Shown here: piece after piece, positions 53,183 through 60,643 of the stretch
How positions within the stretch are numbered: the first letter of the stretch is position 1
Layout: every line of letters begins with the position of its first letter
Virus record (IMG/VR): IMGVR_UViG_3300032332_001787
Coordinates: 64,001 to 128,000 of that record
Direction: 5' to 3' (one strand)
DNA length: 64,000 nucleotides
From: a virus
Lineage: Duplodnaviria; Caudoviricetes
The notes under the pieces: model-generated
Told to the model about the DNA's origin: nothing
Database searches by the model: none
The model's input: only the letters and a program-made list of their open reading frames with translations
Program-made: the position numbers and the translations under genes

Positions 53183-55114
53183 ATGACAACAATAAATAGC
53201 GAAATATTTTTAAGCAACTCCAACATAACCTCTGTTAAATTAGGAAATACTGGTGTTTCTAAAATATTTTTAGGAAATAATATAGTATTTGAAGCTACTG
53301 ACAACTGCCCTGACTCAACGTCTAGCGTTAAAATGACAGGATGGTTTGTTGGTGATCGAATTCTATCTCCGATTGGATATGCTCCTTATGGACGTGAAAC
53401 TTATATCTATGGGGATGAAGCTGTTCGATATGAAACTGGAGTATGGATTTATACTAATACTGGAGGAGAGATTGTTAGGGCATATAGTTATGCTGACCGG
53501 CCTTGGCTAGTAGAGTGGCCGTCCCCATATGCTGCTGAGAAAGTTCGTCAAGATGGTACGTCATGTGAGTCTGCAAGTACAACAACCACTACAACAACCA
53601 CAACAACCACCACAGAAGCACCAACTTTTGGAAGTTCAGGATTTCAGTGGATGACAATGAATTCTATTACAGAGTCTACAGCATCAGGGATTGGTCAAAA
53701 TAATATAACAATAAATGTTACCCAAAATGGTGGCGGTATGTTTCTACATAACGGAGCGGTCGGAGCCACTAATTTTCCAATAGAATATGGAGTACCAACT
53801 GACGGTAATCAAATTGCAAACACTCAACCCGGAGTATTTACTGCAATATTTAGTTCACCCGTTACAGATGCTCTTGTTGCATTTGCCAGTGTCGGACAAG
53901 CAGGATTACAAGTTCCTGTTATGGTACTTGATGAGAATTCTAATCCAAAACCTTTTACTCCAATTTGGTCGTCCAATGCTATTATTCCGGGTACACAAAC
54001 AACGTATTTGAATCAAGTAAGTCCAACTCAATACACACAATTTGTTGGAGAAGAAGGATACAATATTATCCGAATTGACGGAACAATGAGTAGTGTGACA
54101 TTCAATTATGGCTCCGCTGAATATTACTGCACAGTTTGTTTTGGATTTGTGGATCAAAATGTTACAACCACTACAACCACAGAAGCACCAACAACCACAA
54201 CCACAACTACAACACCAGCTACAGTATCGCCAGGAGCTAATTCTGCTAATTTTAATGTTTGTGCTGATTGGGATGGCGCGGATGGCAATGTTACTACTGT
54301 GGGAAGTAATGGTGGACCTAGTGCATACGGTACTTATGATCAAAGTGGACAGGTTTTTGAGTGGAACGATTTAGATAACACTCCCGACTCGTCTCGCGGG
54401 TTGCGGGGCGGCAATTGGTACTTCAACAGTCAGTTCCTCTTGTCGTCCTCCTTCAACAAATTGGAAGACCCGTCGTTCAAGAACTTCTACATCGGTTTTC
54501 GTCTCGCTAGTTCCTTCTCTATACTTAATCCTTTAAATCTTCCTAACTTGGTAGCTGTTAGTGATGTTAACAACGCTTCTGATACTGCGGGAAGCATTGG
54601 AAAAGGAGGTGTAAGTTACAATTATGCTATAGGAAAATATCTTGTAACTAATAGCGAATATGTAGAATTTTTAAATGCTGTTGCTGCAACCGACACATAT
54701 TCTCTTTACTACTCAAGGATGGCAGGTGATATAGGTGGTATCACAAGATCAGAAACTAGTGGAAGTTATACTTACAGCGTAAAAACTAATTACGGAAACA
54801 AGCCGCTCAACTGGGTAAGCTGGTTTGATTGCGCCCGATACTGTAATTGGTTACACAACGAAAAACCAACCGGGTCTCAAAACAGCAGTACTACCGAAGA
54901 TGGAGCTTACACATTAAATGGTGCCGTTTCTGGAAATGCCGCTGTCAGAAACTCCGGAGCAAAATACCACATCCCCACAGAAAACGAATGGTATAAAGCG
55001 GCTTATTACAAGGGTGGCGGGACCAATTCTGGGTATTGGAGTTATGCCACCCAAAGCGATACTAATCCAACTTGCGTTAGTGCTGATGCTTCCGGTAATG
55101 GAATAATACCATAG
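53183..55114 (+). CDS. adhesin/receptor-binding protein with Thr-rich linkers and permuted FGE-sulfatase (CLec) domain
   Basis: YGTYDQSGQVFEW, RGGNW, GFRLA precede GKYLVTNSEY, WVSWFDCARYCNW, PTENEWYKAA. Confidence 0.8.
   Translation: MTTINSEIFLSNSNITSVKLGNTGVSKIFLGNNIVFEATDNCPDSTSSVKMTGWFVGDRILSPIGYAPYGRETYIYGDEAVRYETGVWIYTNTGGEIVRAYSYADRPWLVEWPSPYAAEKVRQDGTSCESASTTTTTTTTTTTTEAPTFGSSGFQWMTMNSITESTASGIGQNNITINVTQNGGGMFLHNGAVGATNFPIEYGVPTDGNQIANTQPGVFTAIFSSPVTDALVAFASVGQAGLQVPVMVLDENSNPKPFTPIWSSNAIIPGTQTTYLNQVSPTQYTQFVGEEGYNIIRIDGTMSSVTFNYGSAEYYCTVCFGFVDQNVTTTTTTEAPTTTTTTTTPATVSPGANSANFNVCADWDGADGNVTTVGSNGGPSAYGTYDQSGQVFEWNDLDNTPDSSRGLRGGNWYFNSQFLLSSSFNKLEDPSFKNFYIGFRLASSFSILNPLNLPNLVAVSDVNNASDTAGSIGKGGVSYNYAIGKYLVTNSEYVEFLNAVAATDTYSLYYSRMAGDIGGITRSETSGSYTYSVKTNYGNKPLNWVSWFDCARYCNWLHNEKPTGSQNSSTTEDGAYTLNGAVSGNAAVRNSGAKYHIPTENEWYKAAYYKGGGTNSGYWSYATQSDTNPTCVSADASGNGIIP
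54383..54509 (+). other. DGR variable-repeat-like segment
   Basis: about 53% GC island; 15 of 25 codons between RGGNW and GFR end in C. Confidence 0.55.
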
Positions 55115-55120
55115 CCTATT

Positions 55121-55128
55121 GGTGTATT
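55121..55128 (+). promoter_or_regulatory. putative phage-specific promoter motif GTGTATW
   Basis: intergenic GGTGTATT. Confidence 0.45.
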
Positions 55129-55169
55129 ACTATCTTAGATATATAATCTATTTTTAATTGGAGTTTAAA

Positions 55170-55496
55170 ATGGTCAAACCTGGCTATAAAACTAGTGAAT
55201 TTTGGTTCACTATGGTTAGTTTTATTTTTAGTGGTTTGTATCTAATGGGAATTATTGGAGAAAATTCTCAAAAAGAAGACTTGATTCAAGAAACTAGTAA
55301 AGGACTAGAAGCTACAATATTAATTATTGGACAATTAACAATACTATTTAAATATATCAAAGGAAGAACAGATCTGAAAAAGACTTGGTGGAGCACAGCA
55401 ACTCCAGAAGAAAGAAAAGAAGCAAATAGAAAGAATAGCCAGCCTTTAAGAAAAAAGAGAAAAACAAATGGAAAACCAAAACCAATCAGTAAATGA
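55170..55496 (+). CDS. holin-like two-TM membrane protein
   Basis: KPGYKTSEFW N-terminus, two TM helices, basic C-tail. Confidence 0.55.
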   Translation: MVKPGYKTSEFWFTMVSFIFSGLYLMGIIGENSQKEDLIQETSKGLEATILIIGQLTILFKYIKGRTDLKKTWWSTATPEERKEANRKNSQPLRKKRKTNGKPKPISK

Positions 55497-55893
55497 TCTT
55501 GGATATTTAGTAGTCAAAGCTAAAGAAATACTTAAAAGCGCAAAAGCAGTAGCAATGCCACAGGCTTGGAATGTTTTACAACTAGCCACAGCAGAAGTTA
55601 TTCAAAACATAGAAAATAATAATCCCTCTCTTAAAGGGGTTGATAAAAAAACACTTGCTATGACTATGATCTCTAAGTTTTATGATCAAGTATTTACAAT
55701 AATAAATTTTCCATTTGTGCCACAGATTCTACAGCCTATTATACAGAAGTATGTGAAACAAATTCTCATGCTATTAGTCAGTGCAACTATTGATGCTTTG
55801 GTTACCACTTTCAGAAATAGTGGAATTTTTGTTGATCCCAATACTAAGGTCGATCCTGTCGTTGATAATACGCCTCCCGTTTCAGACAAATAA
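55468..55893 (+). CDS. hypothetical protein
   Basis: ORF. Confidence 0.7.
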   Translation: MENQNQSVNDLGYLVVKAKEILKSAKAVAMPQAWNVLQLATAEVIQNIENNNPSLKGVDKKTLAMTMISKFYDQVFTIINFPFVPQILQPIIQKYVKQILMLLVSATIDALVTTFRNSGIFVDPNTKVDPVVDNTPPVSDK

Positions 55894-55904
55894 GGAATAA
55901 TAAA

Positions 55905-56294
55905 ATGAATTTTACAGAGAGCTTTCAAGAATTTAGTAGTAAACTGAGCACAACGGATTTGGCTCTTTATGCCGGTGTTGGTCTTGTATTATGGGTTTTG
56001 TTTAAGGACAAGCTTAGTCCAGTACAAAAGTTTCTTACTGGTTTAGTTGATAAGTTCAAGGGTACTACTAGTAGTTCTACTTTACCATTAGTAACAGTAC
56101 CATCAGTATCTCCAGTAGTTGTTCCGAAAAGCACTAATGCTGAAGATACCTTTTTTAAACTAGTAGTTTCATGGAAACAAACTCGTGATCTAGCTGTTCA
56201 GAGCGGTTGTTCTGAAGCAGTCAAGGTTGCTGATCAAATGTTTCCATTTTTAAGCCCCAACGTATGCAAAAAAAATGAGGATAAGGTATCATGA
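55905..56294 (+). CDS. membrane protein
   Basis: TM ALYAGVGLVLWVLF. Confidence 0.7.
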   Translation: MNFTESFQEFSSKLSTTDLALYAGVGLVLWVLFKDKLSPVQKFLTGLVDKFKGTTSSSTLPLVTVPSVSPVVVPKSTNAEDTFFKLVVSWKQTRDLAVQSGCSEAVKVADQMFPFLSPNVCKKNEDKVS

Positions 56295-56782
56295 ACCAAA
56301 AAAATATATTACTAGGATTAGCCGCTTTATTAATTGTTGTTGGTTTACTTAAGCCAGAGTTTTCAAATATTCTTGGCCCAAACAAACCAGCAAAAGTAGA
56401 TGTTTTAGAATTATCAGAACCAATAGATCCAGCTGTTAAAAAAGAAGCAGATGATGTTGTTACAGTTCTAAAAGAAGCTGGTGCTAAAGTAGATGCTAGA
56501 AGATTAAGAGATTTGTATATGGATTTGGCAAAGCTCGTTGAGCTTGACGGAGAAAATGAAGTAGTTAAAAGTACAGAAGAAATTCGTCAAGCTAATAGTT
56601 TGGCTGGTGTGATGCTTAGACTAGATATTAAGGGTAAGTATCCTGACCTAGCTAAAGAAACAAAAGAAGTAGTAGTTGCTTCTATTGGTGATGATCAAAT
56701 TCTTTTATCAAAAGAGCTCAGAGTTAAAGCCGTAGAAGGTCTTAATGCTTTAGCTTGGGCTTGTAATACGGGGTCAAAATAA
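56291..56782 (+). CDS. signal-anchored hypothetical protein
   Basis: N-terminal hydrophobic helix. Confidence 0.75.
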   Translation: MNQKNILLGLAALLIVVGLLKPEFSNILGPNKPAKVDVLELSEPIDPAVKKEADDVVTVLKEAGAKVDARRLRDLYMDLAKLVELDGENEVVKSTEEIRQANSLAGVMLRLDIKGKYPDLAKETKEVVVASIGDDQILLSKELRVKAVEGLNALAWACNTGSK

Positions 56783-57708
56783 TGCCAAGACTTTCTCCTA
56801 AAGAACTATATGATAATTATCGCAAGGGATTTAGTGGATGTATCTGGGAACAGCACGTCTACGATCATTTTATGGAGAATGCTAAATATCCATTATTTGG
56901 CGATGCTAGTAAAAAAATTAGTGGAACTGGTAAAGGTAAACTTTCAACACCATACAAAAGCGTGTTACGATTTGAGAAGAATCCTTATAATGAAAGACAA
57001 ACTGTCGGGGATTGTGTGAGTCATGGAACACGAAATGCTTGTGATATTACCCGAGCAGTAGAAATTGATATTGGTAATGAGAGAGAGGACTGGGTAACAA
57101 AAGGAGCAACAGAAGCTATTTATGGAGCTAGAGGTTTTTCTGGAGAAGGAATGAGTTGTGCTAGGGCTGCTGAGTTTGTTAGCAAGATTGGCGGAATTGT
57201 TCTTAGAAAAAATTATCCCGGCATTGCTGACTTTAGCAAATATAATGGAAATCTAGGTGCTGGTTGGGGAGGTAGAGGACTTCCAGATAAAGTATTAGAT
57301 TTAGCCAATGATCATCAAATTAAAACTGCTTCATTAATAAGAACAGTAGAAGAAGCTCGTGATGCTCTTGCTAATGGTTATGGAATAGCAGTATGTTCTA
57401 ACTATGGTTTTAGTAACACCAGAGATAAAAAAGGATTTGCCAGAACATCTGGCAGTTGGGGCCATTGTATGGCTTGGACAGCTTGCGATGATACTAATGG
57501 AGAGCCAGCATTTCTAGTACAAAATAGCTGGGGTAAATGGAACGATGGAGGACATCCAGAATGGGGGCCAATTCCAGACGGATCATTTTTAATTCATGCT
57601 GATGATGCTGCTGGAATGCTTTCAATGAATGGCTCTTATACATTCAGTGGTTTTGACGGTTTTCCTCTACAAAAACTACCAAGCTACGGATTTGAAGACT
57701 ATCTATAA
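56782..57708 (+). CDS. papain-like (C1) cysteine peptidase
   Basis: QTVGDCVSHG (Gln/Cys), WGHCM (His), VQNSWG (Asn). Confidence 0.88.
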   Translation: MPRLSPKELYDNYRKGFSGCIWEQHVYDHFMENAKYPLFGDASKKISGTGKGKLSTPYKSVLRFEKNPYNERQTVGDCVSHGTRNACDITRAVEIDIGNEREDWVTKGATEAIYGARGFSGEGMSCARAAEFVSKIGGIVLRKNYPGIADFSKYNGNLGAGWGGRGLPDKVLDLANDHQIKTASLIRTVEEARDALANGYGIAVCSNYGFSNTRDKKGFARTSGSWGHCMAWTACDDTNGEPAFLVQNSWGKWNDGGHPEWGPIPDGSFLIHADDAAGMLSMNGSYTFSGFDGFPLQKLPSYGFEDYL

Positions 57709-57746
57709 AATTCGTAATAGGGTATTTTAAATAACGCCTAATATTA

Positions 57747-57754
57747 GGTGTATA
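57747..57754 (+). promoter_or_regulatory. putative phage-specific promoter motif GTGTATW
   Basis: intergenic GGTGTATA. Confidence 0.45.
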
Positions 57755-57791
57755 TATTTATATATCTCAATTCCTTCTATGGAATAATTTT

Positions 57792-58010
57792 ATGAATTTA
57801 AGAGAAAGACTAGAACTCAGAGCTGTTATCAATATGATTATTGGTCTCATTGAGACAATTACTAAATTGTTTTCTAAGGCTCAAGAAAAATTTGGACCTA
57901 AACCAAAAGTAGACACTCCAGTTAAACCCAATAGGCCACGACCACTAAAAAGGGTTATTGACACTATTGATAATGTTATACCTCTTCCATGGAGAGATAA
58001 AGATGAATAA
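57792..58010 (+). CDS. hypothetical protein
   Basis: GGAA RBS. Confidence 0.65.
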   Translation: MNLRERLELRAVINMIIGLIETITKLFSKAQEKFGPKPKVDTPVKPNRPRPLKRVIDTIDNVIPLPWRDKDE

Positions 58011-58356
58011 ATTATTTGTTGGTTTATTTTGTGTTAGTCTGTTGTTTACTCAGTCTCACTACTATGGCTCAACAACGGCTCCTGTAACTCTTGCTGGCGG
58101 TATTATTAAAGCAAAGCATGTACAGGAAGCTACCCAAAAGTATAAAAGAAAAGACTGCCCCATTTGCAAGGGAAAAGGTTGGTATATGAGCGGTGACGGA
58201 ATTCTTAAAATTGATTGTAATTATTGTGAAGCAGACAAAGGGTCTGTGTCGGTAGGACCAATAAAATCGATCACACCAACAGTCCCCAAAGTCTATTCTG
58301 CTCCAATAGATTGTCCAAATAATCAATGCCCTATTAATAAAACACCAAGGAGATAA
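58003..58356 (+). CDS. exported protein with CxxC zinc motifs
   Basis: signal peptide; CPICKGKG...CNYC. Confidence 0.7.
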   Translation: MNKLFVGLFCVSLLFTQSHYYGSTTAPVTLAGGIIKAKHVQEATQKYKRKDCPICKGKGWYMSGDGILKIDCNYCEADKGSVSVGPIKSITPTVPKVYSAPIDCPNNQCPINKTPRR

Positions 58357-58361
58357 ATACT

Positions 58362-58760
58362 ATGGCTGATAATGAAAAACTCAAAGCTATAGCTATTAAA
58401 GTTTTAGAAAAGTCTAGAGTACCCAAAGAAGATAATTATGGATTTGCTATTGTTACTATTTTAATGATTATTAGCATAATTTTAACTTGTGTGAGAATAC
58501 TCCAAGAGTGTAATAAGAATAAACTATCAGTACAATCTACGTCTGAAGATAAATATGCTATGTATGGCGAACAACTTAAAACATTTAGTGAAAAACGTGG
58601 TTGGTTTACAAAAATGAGAATTAAAAAAATTCTAAGAAGAGAAATGACAAAAGAAGATTATGAAAAATATTCTTTATCAATATTGAATGCTTTGTTAGAA
58701 AAAGGAGAAACTCTCACGGATGATGAAATTAGTACTTTAGTGGAGGCAGCAAATGTTTAA
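58362..58760 (+). CDS. single-TM membrane protein
   Basis: FAIVTILMIISIILTCVRI. Confidence 0.75.
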   Translation: MADNEKLKAIAIKVLEKSRVPKEDNYGFAIVTILMIISIILTCVRILQECNKNKLSVQSTSEDKYAMYGEQLKTFSEKRGWFTKMRIKKILRREMTKEDYEKYSLSILNALLEKGETLTDDEISTLVEAANV

Positions 58761-58998
58761 TTTATTAGTATGGTCTATTTATGGTTTATTCACAGGAGCA
58801 ATTGCTAAAAGTATTGTTCCGGGCGAAGAAAAGATGGGATTTTTCCAAACTATTGCTTTAGGCGTTGCCGGATCTTATGTTGGAGGATCGTTGCTATATC
58901 TTTTAGGTCAATATGAAAGCGTATCTCCTGCCGGTGTGATTATGGGAGTTATAGGATCGGTTGTTGCTTTAGTGGTTTATAATAAACTAACTAAATAA
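58753..58998 (+). CDS. GlsB/YeaQ/YmgE (transglycosylase-associated) membrane protein
   Basis: G...GAIAK.IVPG...G...TI.LG.AGSYVGG...GV.GSVV.L..Y pattern. Confidence 0.85.
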   Translation: MFNLLVWSIYGLFTGAIAKSIVPGEEKMGFFQTIALGVAGSYVGGSLLYLLGQYESVSPAGVIMGVIGSVVALVVYNKLTK

Positions 58999-59038
58999 TA
59001 TCTAATAGTACTATTAAGATTAAATCTAATATGACTAT

Positions 59039-59046
59039 AGTGTATT
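59039..59046 (+). promoter_or_regulatory. putative phage-specific promoter motif GTGTATW
   Basis: intergenic AGTGTATT. Confidence 0.45.
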
Positions 59047-59084
59047 GATAGATATACTATATTAGGATTTATTTAGGCTAAAAT

Positions 59085-60635
59085 ATGTTTACTCCAAGAC
59101 AACTATATATTAAATATTCTTTAGGGCCTTGTAATGGATCAGTAGGAACTGGAACTCCTTATGATTTACCTAGATTAATTCAATTTTTAAAACACCTTAA
59201 ATATCCATGTGTTCAATCGGCTCCTCACGCTACTGTTGTTCCATCAGAATCTAATCCATTAGGCATTCAAGGAACAGGAACTAATAAGATAGGTATTCCA
59301 TATAAATTTTTGTGCAAAGTTGATCCTGAAGCTTTTACAGAGATACAACCTTCAATACAAAGCGGAACTTCACATGGAATTAGAAATGCTTGTGATATTA
59401 CTAGAATTTGCGATATAGAAACTTCAAATAATAAAGACTACAGAACTTGGATTAGTAGAATGGCTACAGAATATCTAGAACATTATGGAGGCAACTCATT
59501 ACCAGACTGTTTAATGGTTCTTGGCCCAGACTTAGTCCCCGAAGCAACTGCTGAATATAGAGCAACTGGGTGTGGTATTTTGGGAGCTTGTTTACCCAAT
59601 ACTCAATATGGTGCGGCTGGAGCTAATCATGGTTGTGAAAAAAGACCAGGAGAATTAACCGCTAAATGCACGAGCTGTGGAATATGTAATGACTCTGATC
59701 CTACTGACCCATGCTGCGGATCTAGTTGTGAAGATTATACTAATAAATGTTGTCGCGGCATTCTAACAAACAGAACGGATTTCTCTTATATTGTACCTTC
59801 AGATGATGGATATTTTGGAGGTAATATATTTAGTGGTTTTGTTGATCAAATATTAAAACATGTTGGTATTTTACTTAGAAAAAGTTATGGTGGATATGCT
59901 AATTTTATAGATAATAGCGGGTCAAATTTTTATGCTGCTAGAGATGATGTTTTTTTAAAGTATTTTCAGGGAATAAATGGATATAATTATACAAATGATA
60001 CCGCGAGCGCCATTAATCAAAGTATTCAAAGATTTCGTACCGTTGCCTTTCTTAATCAAAATAATACCACTACAACAGTTAATACTATAAAAGACTTATT
60101 ATTTAATGGGTATGGAGTAGTATTAATGAGCAATGTCGGCTTTCCAGATTCCAGAGATTCTACAGGATTGAGCTATCCGGATAAAATTTGGTATCATACT
60201 TATTCTATCATAGGTTATGACGATACTAAAATAGAATACCCTGAGTGTGTTTATATACTAGCTAATAGTTTTGGAGACTGGAATAGTGGTGGACATCCTA
60301 GCTGGGGTCCTTTACCAGCTGGTAGTTTTTTGGTTACAGAAAGTCATTTAAAAGGAATGGTGGCTTTTAATCAATCTCCAAGCCTAATGGGATGCAGGGG
60401 TGGTTATTGCCCTCCTCCTTGTTCTCCTGAAATGGTTTCATTATATGCAGGATGCACAGAGAATAATAGCTGTGTTCCTTTTGAATGCTCTGATAGACAA
60501 CGAGCATTTGGTATGGCATTTGGATTATCCACATCAGAAGGTTTTCCAAAAAGAACATTAAATTATCAACAATTTTTACCTACTAATAATTGGCGTTTGT
60601 TTGATAATAGTTCAGAATTGTATTTTGATGAATAG
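59085..60635 (+). CDS. papain-like protein with catalytic Cys lost and Cys-rich inserts
   Basis: QSGTSHGIRNACDITR vs DCVSHGTRNACDITR; WYHTY, LANSFG retained. Confidence 0.7.
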   Translation: MFTPRQLYIKYSLGPCNGSVGTGTPYDLPRLIQFLKHLKYPCVQSAPHATVVPSESNPLGIQGTGTNKIGIPYKFLCKVDPEAFTEIQPSIQSGTSHGIRNACDITRICDIETSNNKDYRTWISRMATEYLEHYGGNSLPDCLMVLGPDLVPEATAEYRATGCGILGACLPNTQYGAAGANHGCEKRPGELTAKCTSCGICNDSDPTDPCCGSSCEDYTNKCCRGILTNRTDFSYIVPSDDGYFGGNIFSGFVDQILKHVGILLRKSYGGYANFIDNSGSNFYAARDDVFLKYFQGINGYNYTNDTASAINQSIQRFRTVAFLNQNNTTTTVNTIKDLLFNGYGVVLMSNVGFPDSRDSTGLSYPDKIWYHTYSIIGYDDTKIEYPECVYILANSFGDWNSGGHPSWGPLPAGSFLVTESHLKGMVAFNQSPSLMGCRGGYCPPPCSPEMVSLYAGCTENNSCVPFECSDRQRAFGMAFGLSTSEGFPKRTLNYQQFLPTNNWRLFDNSSELYFDE

Positions 60636-60643
60636 GAAACATC

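Noticed and set aside
53575-54230. ACA/ACC/ACT repeats as a regulatory or contingency array
   Set aside because: In-frame poly-Thr linkers with mixed codons, not a perfect slippage tract.
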